From an uncultured Planctomycetota bacterium (GTDB taxonomy: Bacteria > Planctomycetota > Planctomycetia > Isosphaerales > Isosphaeraceae): a DNA stretch of 64,000 nucleotides. Below are positions 11,948-21,274 of this stretch, piece by piece. The stretch covers positions 288,001-352,000 of the forward strand of contig CAWJTV010000041.1 of NCBI GenBank assembly GCA_963845755.1, written 5' to 3'. The notes under the pieces were generated by a model. That model made no database searches. It was not told where the DNA came from and saw nothing but the letters and a program-made list of their open reading frames with translations. Made by a program: the position numbers and the translations under genes. Position 1 is the first letter of the stretch, and every line of letters starts with the position of its first letter.

Positions 11948-12877
11948 ATGATCCGGATCAAGGACTTGCGCGTTGACTACGATAACGTCTGCGCCGTGCG
12001 CGACCTCACGATGGAGGTCGGGCCAGGCGAGGTCTGCGGCCTGATCGGTCCTAACGGCGCCGGCAAGACCACGACGATGCGCGCCATGCTCGGCCTGCTG
12101 GAGCCGACCTATGGCGAGATCGAGATCATGGGGGTCGACGTCCGCGAGCATCCCCGCGACGTCTGCCGGATCGTCGGCTTCATGCCCGACTTCCCGCCGG
12201 TCTACGAAGATTTGAAAGTCTGGGAGTTCCTCGACCTGTTCGCCGCCAGCTACGGGCTGAGCCGCTCCCAGCGCATCGACGCCGTGGCCGATCACCTCGA
12301 CATGGTCGGCCTGACCGAGAAGCGCGGGGCGATGGTCGTCGAGCTGTCGCGGGGAATGCGCCAGCGGCTGATGCTCGCCAAGACCATGATCCCCGATCCC
12401 CGCGTGCTTCTGCTCGACGAGCCGGCCAGCGGGATCGATCCCCAGGGCCGAATCGACCTCAAGAACATCCTCCGCCGCATGGCCGAGCAGAAGAAGACGG
12501 TCCTGATCTCCTCGCACATCCTCGCCGAGATGAACGAGTTCTGCACGTCGGTCACGATCATGGAACGGGGCCAGATCGTCGTGAGCGGGCGGATCGACGA
12601 GGTGAATCGGCGGATCCTGGGCGACTCGCTCCTCTCCGTCGAGGTGCTCTCCAACGTGGAACAATTCGAATGGATCGTCGGCGCCGACGATTGGGCCGGT
12701 CCGATCCAGCGCCGGGACGACCATACGTTTGAGTTTCGCTACCGGGGCGATGCCGAGGCCGCCAGCGAGCTGCTCGCACGGCTGGTGGGGCAGGGGGTCC
12801 GGATCTCCGGCTTCGCCCGCCGCCGGGATAACCTCGAAGATCTGTTCCTCAAGGTGGGGTCCAAGGAGCTTTCGTGA
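11948..12877 (+). CDS. ABC transporter ATP-binding protein (ABC-2/CcmA-like)
   Basis: Walker A GPNGAGKTT, signature LSRGMRQR, Walker B LLLDEP, SSH switch. Confidence 0.95.
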   Translation: MIRIKDLRVDYDNVCAVRDLTMEVGPGEVCGLIGPNGAGKTTTMRAMLGLLEPTYGEIEIMGVDVREHPRDVCRIVGFMPDFPPVYEDLKVWEFLDLFAASYGLSRSQRIDAVADHLDMVGLTEKRGAMVVELSRGMRQRLMLAKTMIPDPRVLLLDEPASGIDPQGRIDLKNILRRMAEQKKTVLISSHILAEMNEFCTSVTIMERGQIVVSGRIDEVNRRILGDSLLSVEVLSNVEQFEWIVGADDWAGPIQRRDDHTFEFRYRGDAEAASELLARLVGQGVRISGFARRRDNLEDLFLKVGSKELS

Positions 12878-14428
12878 TGAACTGGGACGGCCTGCGTGAG
12901 TGGCTCGACAACCCGATCCTCGTCAAGCACCTGCGGTCGCGACTCCGGCCGCAAGCCGTCCTCTCGGCGCTGGTGGTGGTCCTCGTCCTTTGCCTCTGCA
13001 TCGCCTACGCTGGCTACGAGCTCGACATGTTTATCTCCGGCGGAGCGGCCGGGTGGTTGCTGTGCCTCCAGGTCATCATCCTGATCATCATGGGAGCGTC
13101 GCAGGTCAACGCGTCGGTCAACGGCGCGGCGCGCCTCCGGCATCCTCGACTTCCATCGCGTCACGCCGATGACGCCCACCGAGCTGACGTTCGGCTTCTT
13201 CTTCGGCGCGCCGATCCGGGAGTATCTGCTCTTCGCCGCGACCCTCCCCTTCCTGCTCATCTGCATGGCCTTCGGCGTCCCCAGCCCCCGCGCGGCGATC
13301 CAACTGATGATCCTCCTGATCACGACCGGCTGGTGCTTCCAGGGGATCGCGCTCTTGAACGGCCTCATCTCGAGATCCAGGACCGCCACCGGCAACGTCA
13401 TCGGTATCGTAATCATATTGATGTTTTTGTTCGTAAATATGGCAATAGGCGGCCGATGGTTTTCGATCAACCTGGCCGAGGGCGATCAGCGATTGAGCTT
13501 CTACGGCGTCTCGCTCCCCTGGATGCCGGTGATCCTGATCTACCAGCTCCCGTTCCTGTTCTTCATCCTGCTGGCGTGCTGCCGGAAGATGCAATCGGCG
13601 CGGCTCCATCCGCTCTCGAAGCCCCAGGCGATCGTCGCCATGGTGACGTTCGCAGCCCTGGTGCTGGGAGGGATCTGGCGACAGGAAGACTACGAGTATC
13701 GGGAGATCGTCGCCCTGTACATGCTCGCGATCCCGGCGATCTTGCTGACCATGATGGTCACGCCCAATCAGGCCGAATACTACAAGGGCCTGTGGCGGGC
13801 CCAGAAGCTCGGCGCAACCGGCTCCCGTGGTGGGACGACCTGTCGGTGAACTGGGTCGCGCTGGCGCTCATCGCGGGCATCGTGCTGGCTGTCGGCACGA
13901 TCGCCGGGACGTTTCCGGGAGTCACTTCGCCGGCCTACGGGCGATCGTGGGGATCGTATCCCCTGGCGCTGGCGACGGCGGTCCTGGTCGTCAGCTATTT
14001 CGGCCTGGCATTGCAGTACTTCTTGCTCCGATTCGCGGGGCGGGGCACGACCTACTTCGGCCTCTTCCTGTTCCTGACCTGGGCCTTGCCGATGGTTGCC
14101 GGCACGATCCACGGGTGGGCCTCGGGACCAATGCGGACGAGTGAGGCGGGGTATCCTTTCTACGCCTTGAGCCCGATCGCAGGGATCGGGATGGTTGCGA
14201 CCATCGGCGATGAGGGCTTCGCCACGGCCATCCAGTCCTCCGCCATCACGCCGGCCCTGCTGTTCACCTTCGTCTTCCAATACCTCCTGCTCGGCGGCAG
14301 AGCGCGTGATCAAGGCGGTCTACCTCGCGGCGGCGAACCTCGAGCCGCCGCCCGTGGCAGCCACGCCGTTCGATCCGGTCCTACACGACAAGAGCCAGGA
14401 ACCCGCGCGTGAGGAACCGGTCGTCTGA
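12874..14428 (+). CDS. ABC transporter permease-like polytopic membrane protein (frame breaks near 13135, 13812 and 14298)
   Basis: DNPILVKHLRSRLR start and many TM helices spread over three frames; overlaps the ATPase stop. Confidence 0.7.
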
Positions 14429-14459
14429 GAACGGCGAATTGCGCCCGAGTCCGGTCGGA

Positions 14460-14883
14460 TCAACGCTTCGCCCTTGCCGGGAGCTTCCTTGCTGAACGGA
14501 GCGCAACCGCCGCGCAGCCGACCGCCAGCAAGATCACGCTCGAGGGCTCGGGTATGGAGGAAGTGGCGATGGTGATCGATCCCGCTTGAGTCGTCAAGGA
14601 GACGCCGGCGCCGGTAGAGTCCGAGAGCGATGGATCCGGGCCGATCCCCAGTGTGCCGCTCGTGCCGGCAACTGCGCCAGAGGCGACCGTGTACTGGACG
14701 TTCAACAGGCCGAAAACATCACCCACATTGATCGTCTGAGAACCGGAGGGATACAGAAAGTCAAAAACCTCAACGTCATTGCTCGACACATTAATATTAA
14801 ACGTAGATCCATTGAGGCTTGCCGAGTTTGCGCCGTAGAGGTAAGGCGTGACCTTTGCAATCGAAATTCCGGTGAACGACACG
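14460..14883 (-). pseudogene. PEP-CTERM surface protein, 5'-truncated by repeat elements
   Basis: C-terminal IPEPSSVILLAVGCAAVALRSARK; no signal peptide; the first about 19 codons of the ORF lie within the palindromic element 14884..14990. Confidence 0.7.
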
Positions 14884-14990
14884 CTAAATGACTTTGCACG
14901 ATCCGGGGAGGGCGAGCCTCCGTGCGAGCCGATATTCATCAGGGGCTCGGACGGAGCCTCGCCCTCCCGGAATCACGCAAGGCCATTTAG
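14884..14990. repeat. About 107-bp palindromic REP/MITE-like element
   Basis: Inner arms gggagggcgagcctccgtgcgagcc / ggctcggacggagcctcgccctccc; outer arms ctaaatgactttgcacgatccgg / ccggaatcacgcaaggccatttag. Confidence 0.75.
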
Positions 14991-15301
14991 AGCGCTTTAC
15001 GGTTGCATTGCGCACGTCTCCGGCGAGAGCGATCGAGCCCCACCCGAAGCCTTGGGGACGTCCTGCGGCGGCCTGAAGGGCCGCAGCAACCCAGCCTGGG
15101 GTGAAACCCCAGGACTCATGCGCCCTGCGCCCTTCTTGTGCACCCTGACGGGTGCCGGAGGGATCTCCTGCGGCCCTTCAGGCCGCCCGAGACGTGGGCG
15201 TGCCGTGGACCCCGGGTTTCACCCGGGGCTCGGCTCCCGCGGCCCTTCAGGCCGCCGGAGATCGGCTGTTCTTGTGCGCAACCCATCTGTTAAGCGCTCC
15301 A
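14988..15301. mobile_element. Non-autonomous MITE-like element with 28-bp imperfect terminal inverted repeats and a REP-like cargo (15068..15255)
   Basis: tagagcgctttacggttgcattgcgcac (14988..15015) vs reverse complement of 15274..15301 tggagcgcttaacagatgggttgcgcac, 22/28 identical; inside are gcggcctgaagggccgc, cctggggtgaaaccccagg and their inverted copies. Confidence 0.6.
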
Positions 15302-15326
15302 AGATGTGAACGGCTACCCGCCGATT

Positions 15327-18254
15327 TCACGCGCCGACCGTCACCCGGCGGTTGCGGTGCAGCGAGTGATCGACGGCCGTTGACATCCTGGTGAAATCCA
15401 GCTCTCCGCCGGCGAATCGGTTTAACACATTCGCGGCCGCCAGGGGATCGCGAATGACGTCTCCATGCCGAATTCGCAATAAAGACACATCTTCCCGATG
15501 ACTCAACAGGCCCACGGTCTGGGCGATCAGGCGGTCGTATTCGCGGCGGAGGCGGTCGCGACGTTCGGGGGTGTCCTCGATCGATTCGCCGCGCCGGGCG
15601 ATCATTTTCGCTTGCGAGGCGAGGATCTCGTTGCAGTCGCGTTCGATCAGGACGACCCGGTAGTTGCAGCCGGGCGGGAGATGGCAGACGAGCGGGACGA
15701 CGACTTTCAACGCCTTGCCGCGCGCCTCGGTCAGCCAGCCTTGGTCGCGGAACATCGCCTTCACGGCTTCGTGTTCGAAGTAGCCCCTGGGGTTGTCCTC
15801 GTCGGCCTCGCGGAGCGTATCGGTGAGGATCGGCATCCCACCGGCGTGAAGCATTTGCATCACCATCGATGTGCCCGAACGCGGCAGGCCGCTCACGATC
15901 AAGACGTCGTCGCCCAGCGGCGGGAGGGGGGCGTCGAGGTGCGTGGGGATGAGGACAGGCGCGGGCGCGGCAGTCTCGGCCAGCTTCCCAGCCGCCACCC
16001 GCCAACCGCCGCCCACCACCCGCGCGGAGGGTTTCTCCGGCCGGTGGCGATGCATCTCGCGATACCAATGGAAATGCTCGGCCGCAGTCTCGGGGTCGTT
16101 GAGCCGGAACTTGAGCATTCGGGCGAGCATCAGATGGGCTTGGGGGAAGTGCGGGTTCTGCGACAGCGCGGTTCGGAAGCAGTCGGCCGCTCGGGCGTAT
16201 TCGCGGAGGCCCACCAACGCGACGCCCTGGAGGAAGTGGGCCATCGGCGAGAAATAGAGCCGGCCCAACGCCTCGCCGGCGGCGTCCGCGGCGCGCTGGT
16301 ACTCGCGGCGACGCAGGGCCAGCCGGGCGATGCCGAGATGGGCCTGGGTGTTGTCGGGGTCGATCGCCAGGGCTCGGTTGTAGACCGTCTCCGACTCGGG
16401 CAGCCGACGCAGCCGGAGCAGCAGGTCGGCGGTCTGGAGCAGGATCGACGGGCCGATGGTTTGCGTCGTGCCGAGGCGCTCGAGGATCTCCAGCGCGGGG
16501 AGCACGTGCTGCTCGGCCGCGAGCGATTGAGCCTGGAGCAGATCGGTGATCGCCGGGTGATACCGCTTGAGCCTCTGCGTTTTCTCGAGCTCCTTGCGCT
16601 CGTCGGGCTGGAGCAGGAACTCGCGCGGCTTATCGGGCTGCGCGTACGGGTTGAGCTCGTACTGAATCTCCTCGTCGCATTCCCGCGGGTCGGGCGTCTC
16701 ACCGGCGGCGGCCTTTTTCTCCTCATAGCGATGTTTCACCAGGTCGCGAAATTCAGCCATCCGCTCGAGGGCGGCCCGGAACAGCTCACGACGGCGACCG
16801 GCCATGTCGTCCACGATCTCGCGCATCTCCGCGACGTGGCCGAGGGCCTGGCACGAGAGGAAGCGTTTCAAGGCATAGCGCTGGTTGTCGGGATTGCGGT
16901 GGCAGAGATCGCGGGCGATCTCGAGCGCTTCGGCGTGCCGGTTGCCGTCCTGGTACGCTTCCAGCAGATTGAGACGCAGCTCATCGACCGTGTGCGCAAT
17001 GTATTCTTCGATGTTTTCGCCTGGCTTCTCGACATATCCGAGTGCGACGAGCTGTTCCATCGCCTCGGCGGCGGCGACGGGGTCGAGCCGGGTGTGAGGC
17101 GGGTGGCGGCCGTCGTTGCCGGGCACGTCGTCCCAGGTGGGAATCGTGCGGACCTCCGGTGGATTCTCGAACGCCGCCGTGATGACGTCGCCGTCCATAT
17201 CTTCGCCGACCGGCAGGTCGTAGAGCGTCAATACGGTGGGGGTGAGGTCGAGCACGTTCACGCCAAAGAGGGGTTCATCCTGCTTGATGCCGGGGCCGGC
17301 GATGACGAAGATGCCGTACGGGCTATGTTCGAAGGCGGGGCCGGCCGGGAAATCCGGAATGGCGCGGGGGCGGAGGTGGTCGGGGTGGAACCCGTGGTCC
17401 GACATGAGGATCACGGTCGTGTCGTCGGGCACCTTGCTCAGGAGGGTACCCAGCATCTGGTCGTGGAATTGATAGGCGGTCGTAACAACCTGGGAGTACC
17501 GCTCGAAATCGTCCTCGCTAACCCACTCCTGTCGCGGAGGGTGATACCGCATGAAGCCGTGGCAGAAGTGGTCGATCGCGTCGTAATAGACCGCGAAGAA
17601 GTCCCAGGGCTGATTGTCGAGCAGCCAGGTGGCGGCGGAGTGGATGCTCACGCATTCGGCGATCGTCTGGCCCAGACTGGAGAACCGCCGGTCCTTGACT
17701 TGATCGACCTTTTCGAGATGGGGAACGAACGGGACCATCATCGGGCCGAGCAGCTCTTGAGGATGCATGCGACACTCGGCCAGCGCCTCTTGTAATTCGG
17801 GCGGGTGGACGGTATTGGGCAACATCGGCCAGCCCTGGTCGATCGGCCGATGGGCTTTATGGTAGTGGTCCGACACCATCACGCCGTTGATCGGCTCGGC
17901 GGGATGGCTGGGCCACCAGCCGATGACGATGCTGCGATAATCGTTCTGGTTGAGGATGTTCCAGACGGTCTTGGTCGTGCGCGAGAGATTGGTGATCGGC
18001 CGGACGCCGCGGCCGTCGGGCGTGGGTTCGGAGAAGCCGTGAATGCCGTGCTTGAACGGACGCTTGCCGGTGGCGATCGACGTCCAGAGCATGGGCGAAA
18101 GCGGCGGGTGCAACGTGGCGCAGCGGCCCATGGCCCCGCGTTCCACCAGGTTTTGCAGATGCGGCATCTGGCCGGCATCCATCAAGGGATGAATCGCTTT
18201 CCAATCGGCGGCGTCCCAGCCAATGAACAGGACTTTTTTCTTGCTGGTCTTCAC
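15327..18254 (-). CDS. Fusion of an alkaline-phosphatase-superfamily (phosphodiesterase-like) domain, TPR repeats and a C-terminal sulfotransferase domain
   Basis: IGWDAADW, TLHPPLSPMLWTSIATG, DHFCH and MSDHGF (AlkP); ALAIDPDN and ALSQNPHF (TPR); IVSGLPRSGTSMVMQML (PAPS loop) and NPRGYFE; GTG start at 18254 chosen because the upstream ORF extension runs through REP elements. Confidence 0.85.
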   Translation of the reverse strand: MKTSKKKVLFIGWDAADWKAIHPLMDAGQMPHLQNLVERGAMGRCATLHPPLSPMLWTSIATGKRPFKHGIHGFSEPTPDGRGVRPITNLSRTTKTVWNILNQNDYRSIVIGWWPSHPAEPINGVMVSDHYHKAHRPIDQGWPMLPNTVHPPELQEALAECRMHPQELLGPMMVPFVPHLEKVDQVKDRRFSSLGQTIAECVSIHSAATWLLDNQPWDFFAVYYDAIDHFCHGFMRYHPPRQEWVSEDDFERYSQVVTTAYQFHDQMLGTLLSKVPDDTTVILMSDHGFHPDHLRPRAIPDFPAGPAFEHSPYGIFVIAGPGIKQDEPLFGVNVLDLTPTVLTLYDLPVGEDMDGDVITAAFENPPEVRTIPTWDDVPGNDGRHPPHTRLDPVAAAEAMEQLVALGYVEKPGENIEEYIAHTVDELRLNLLEAYQDGNRHAEALEIARDLCHRNPDNQRYALKRFLSCQALGHVAEMREIVDDMAGRRRELFRAALERMAEFRDLVKHRYEEKKAAAGETPDPRECDEEIQYELNPYAQPDKPREFLLQPDERKELEKTQRLKRYHPAITDLLQAQSLAAEQHVLPALEILERLGTTQTIGPSILLQTADLLLRLRRLPESETVYNRALAIDPDNTQAHLGIARLALRRREYQRAADAAGEALGRLYFSPMAHFLQGVALVGLREYARAADCFRTALSQNPHFPQAHLMLARMLKFRLNDPETAAEHFHWYREMHRHRPEKPSARVVGGGWRVAAGKLAETAAPAPVLIPTHLDAPLPPLGDDVLIVSGLPRSGTSMVMQMLHAGGMPILTDTLREADEDNPRGYFEHEAVKAMFRDQGWLTEARGKALKVVVPLVCHLPPGCNYRVVLIERDCNEILASQAKMIARRGESIEDTPERRDRLRREYDRLIAQTVGLLSHREDVSLLRIRHGDVIRDPLAAANVLNRFAGGELDFTRMSTAVDHSLHRNRRVTVGA

Positions 18255-18323
18255 GGGGGCACCTGAATGGGGCGAGCAGCGCGGCCTTCGGCCGCGAGTG
18301 GCAAGTGATAAGTGATAAGGTGA

Positions 18324-18450
18324 ACCCAGGGTGCGCCTTCGGCGACCCTGGGCTTTGATGTGCAACCCCATTGGGGTACGGCCACGTCGGCTCCTTACGC
18401 CAACGGCGTTATACAGCAGAGCCCAGGGTCGCCGGAGGCGCACCCTGGGT
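18324..18450. repeat. REP-like inverted doublet
   Basis: acccagggtgcgccttcggcgaccctgggct ... agcccagggtcgccggaggcgcaccctgggt. Confidence 0.75.
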
Positions 18451-18508
18451 CTGGGGGCCCCAAAAGACCCCCTACCCCACCAGGGTTGCCCAACAGCGAG
18501 TCGTAGCT

Positions 18509-18657
18509 TGTCGGGTGGGTTGAGCCGCGATTTCAATCGTGGCGTTAGCCCACCGGCACAAGAAGCGTTGGAGCCCACCGGCACAGCAACCCGGCAGGTC
18601 CGCCGACAGCCTGGAGACGGTGGGCCAGCGCCGCGATGCGGCTCGACCCACCCTACA
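18509..18657. repeat. GTAG-type REP-like inverted doublet
   Basis: tgtcgggtgggttgagccgc ... gcggctcgacccaccctaca. Confidence 0.7.
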
Positions 18658-18672
18658 GGCTGGGACAGGTTC

Positions 18673-19383
18673 TTACTCGGCAACCTTCGCCCTGGTCCTG
18701 GCGCGGCGGAGCGCGGCCAGGCCGACCGAGCCGGTGGCCAGCAGGCCCAGGGCCAGCGAGCTGGGCTCGGGGATCGCGCCGCTGCTCGTTTGTCCGGCGT
18801 AGATCGAGCCGCCAGACACGTCGTTGTACGCCCAGCCGAGGACTGTGATCTCGTTCGGATAGCCGGTACTGCCCGTGTCGGACACCTGGACCTTAATCCA
18901 CCCGAGGTCGCCGTTGGGAGCCTTGAAACCGACGTATCCCGTCACGACTCCTGGACCGAACGAGCCGTGGACAGCGCCGTTGTTGTTGGTCTGTACCGTC
19001 GCGTTGATTTTCGAGGCCAACACGTGAATCGGATTGCCAAACGAGTATTTCTTGGCGGCATTCCCACTCGCATTCTGGGCGAATCCCAGGGCCTTGCTGG
19101 CCGTCACGTGGGTGAAGCCGACGTATCCTTTGGCTGCGCCGCCACCGGCAAACAGCGATTCCTTGAATCCCCCTATGGTGATGAGCTTCGACTTGAATGT
19201 GGTAACGCCCAACGGTCGAGAAAGGGACTCGCTGATGGGTCCGCTGTAGACGATCCCGGCATCGGCGTTGGTGCCGGCGGCCAGCGAGGCGCCCCCGACC
19301 GCGGCGAACGTCCGCCACTTGCCGAGGTGCGCCCTCCATGAGGCGCTCTTCCCGTCGAGGACAAGGCGGGTTTTCGGGTTCAT
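18673..19383 (-). CDS. PEP-CTERM sorting-domain surface protein
   Basis: Leader WRTFAAVGGASLAAGTNADA/GIVYSG; beta-rich G/T/S/K body with GYVGF, LGWIKV and GWAYND; C-terminal IPEPSSLALGLLATGSVGLAALRRAR; RBS aggag. Confidence 0.85.
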   Translation of the reverse strand: MNPKTRLVLDGKSASWRAHLGKWRTFAAVGGASLAAGTNADAGIVYSGPISESLSRPLGVTTFKSKLITIGGFKESLFAGGGAAKGYVGFTHVTASKALGFAQNASGNAAKKYSFGNPIHVLASKINATVQTNNNGAVHGSFGPGVVTGYVGFKAPNGDLGWIKVQVSDTGSTGYPNEITVLGWAYNDVSGGSIYAGQTSSGAIPEPSSLALGLLATGSVGLAALRRARTRAKVAE

Positions 19384-19743
19384 CGAATCGCGTTCTCCTT
19401 TTTTGGCTCACCACCGAGTGAACGGGTCAGGCAGGAGGGATTGCTCGTCGCCGAACGATTCCGAGGCAGCAGGCTACGATTCCAGCAGGCCCAGACAGTC
19501 GTGTCAAGTGTCTGCATTCTTGACTGCACGGGATAGCGGGATCACGTTTCCTAATCTCACCATTCGCGACCGCAGTTATTTACGTAGCTACATCATTCGG
19601 GGACACGTCCTCCGCGTGGCGGAAGCCGCCGCCCCGCGATGAACCCGGGCGGTCACGCCGGGCGTAGCGGCTTCACGCGGCGGCGTTCACTTACCCTCGA
19701 GGAGCTGGGAAATCCGAATTCGCGGCAGGTAAGGACGGTCCAC

Positions 19744-19975
19744 TCACTGCGCGGCGTCGGCTTTGGCGCGGCGGAGCGCGGCCAGGCCGACCAGGGCGAC
19801 CGGCCCGACGAACCCGAGCCCGCGCAGGTAGCCTGGCAGGCTGCAAACGACCTCGTGCCGGAACGAGTCGAGGTCGACCCGCCACAGCTTCCCCGCGCCC
19901 GAGTTGAGCACCCAGAGCCAGCCGTCGTGGAGGCGGGGCGAATGCGGCATACTCAGCCCGCGCAGGACGACCTCT
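19744..19975 (-). pseudogene. TIGR03032/DUF4915 family internal fragment fused to a PEP-CTERM-type tail
   Basis: EVVLRGLSMPHSPRLHDGWLWVLNSGAG...LPGYLRGLGF matches recalled TIGR03032 motifs; ends VGLAALRRAK, with 29 bp identical to the tail of 18673..19383. Confidence 0.75.
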
Positions 19976-20497
19976 CTAAGACCTGGTAGGAAAGACACCC
20001 ACGAGGGCGATGATGTAGTTCAGCACGAGGTACGGCTGCTGGTTCTCATGGGGTTGATTGCCGCCGGCGGGCGAGGTTGCCGCCGCGGACATCGCACCCG
20101 GCGGCGTCAACGTGCCGAAGGGTTGGTCGTTCGGCGGTTTGGCCCAGTCGGTCCCTGCGGGCGAATTGTTGTCGCCGCCCCGCCCGAAGGCGAGCGCGCC
20201 ATGAGTATGTGCGGCCAGCTGACTCGCAGTCAGCGTGACTGACGCCGTGCCGCCGGTCTGGCCCAGGACGTAAGGGCTCAAGCCCGCCCCCACGCCCGCG
20301 CCGATCGCCGCGGACCCCTGGAGGTTCGGGAGGCCGAAGGTTGTCGTCCCGTTCCCTCCGAACTGAGTGCCCAGCAGCGAGAACAGCGCCGTGTTCTGGG
20401 CGATCGGCAGGATCTGACCGTTACAGAACGCCCACCCCTGGGGGGCGAAGTTATACGGGACCGGAATCACCTGCCCTATGAACGGAGTTGCCGGCAT
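19976..20497 (-). CDS. Phage tail collar domain protein (microcystin-dependent protein-like), copy 3
   Basis: PFIGQVI...NFAPQGWAFCNGQILPIAQNTALFSLLGTQFGGNGTTTFGLPNLQG, HTH, PHENQQPYLVLNYIIAL; RBS aggag before ATG 20497. Confidence 0.9.
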   Translation of the reverse strand: MPATPFIGQVIPVPYNFAPQGWAFCNGQILPIAQNTALFSLLGTQFGGNGTTTFGLPNLQGSAAIGAGVGAGLSPYVLGQTGGTASVTLTASQLAAHTHGALAFGRGGDNNSPAGTDWAKPPNDQPFGTLTPPGAMSAAATSPAGGNQPHENQQPYLVLNYIIALVGVFPTRS

Positions 20498-20702
20498 CGG
20501 ATCATCTCCTGGTTTCTGAATCGTGGTTTCCAAAGGGGGGCTCGTTCCGAGTCCCCGAGGCGCTTGTCCTGGTCTTGAGAGAGCCACGTCACATGAAGTT
20601 ACTATCATGTCGTCACAGATCGACCCGGGTGCTGCCTCTCGATGGTCGGGTCGGCCATGGCTTCTGGAACGAATCCCGATCGGGGTGCGATTGCGGTGCG
20701 GA

Positions 20703-21224
20703 TCAGCTCCTCGATGGGAAGATCCCCTCCAGGGCGATGATGTAGTTGAGTGCCTGGTAAGGCATGATGTTGGGATGCGGTTGATTCCCACCCGCCGATC
20801 CGATGGCATTCGGGGCCATGGTGCCCGCGCCGAGCTCGGCTTTGTAGGGCTTGTCCTTGGAGGCCTGCGCCCAGATGCCGTTGACCGGCGTTTGGCTGTT
20901 GCTCCCTCCAGTGAAGCACAGCGCCTGGTGCGTATGACCGGGGAGCTGGTTGCTGTTGAGCGTCACGCTCTCGGAGCCGCCGATTTGTCCGATAGCGTAA
21001 TTGCTCAGGCCGGTCCCTTGACCCTGGTGGAGGGCGATGCGACTCTGCAAGTTCGGCAGGGCGAAGGTGCTTACCCCGTCGCCTCCATAGGTCGTGCCGA
21101 TCAAACTGAACAGCGCGGCATACTGGGAGATGGGCAGGAGTTGACCGTTGCACACTGCCCAGCCGACCGGCGCAAAGTTGAATGCAACCGTGGTGATCTG
21201 ACCGACAAAGGGGTCCACTGTCAT
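20703..21224 (-). CDS. Phage tail collar domain protein, copy 2
   Basis: DPFVGQI...FNFAPVGWAVCNGQ...TYGGDGVSTFALPNLQSR, HTH, PHPNIMPYQALNYIIALEGIFP. Confidence 0.9.
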   Translation of the reverse strand: MTVDPFVGQITTVAFNFAPVGWAVCNGQLLPISQYAALFSLIGTTYGGDGVSTFALPNLQSRIALHQGQGTGLSNYAIGQIGGSESVTLNSNQLPGHTHQALCFTGGSNSQTPVNGIWAQASKDKPYKAELGAGTMAPNAIGSAGGNQPHPNIMPYQALNYIIALEGIFPSRS

Positions 21225-21274
21225 GCTCCTTCCCATCGTGCTCGCGGGGGCATCCGCGGCGGGATGATCGTTCG

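Noticed and set aside
18255..18683. 143-aa N-terminal extension of the 1118-aa ORF
   Set aside because: It runs through REP-like palindromes; homology starts at VKTSKKKVLFIGWD
20537..20677. MITE between collar genes 2 and 3
   Set aside because: Only a 10/12 inverted match (ggggctcgttcc / ggaacgaatccc) and no target duplication
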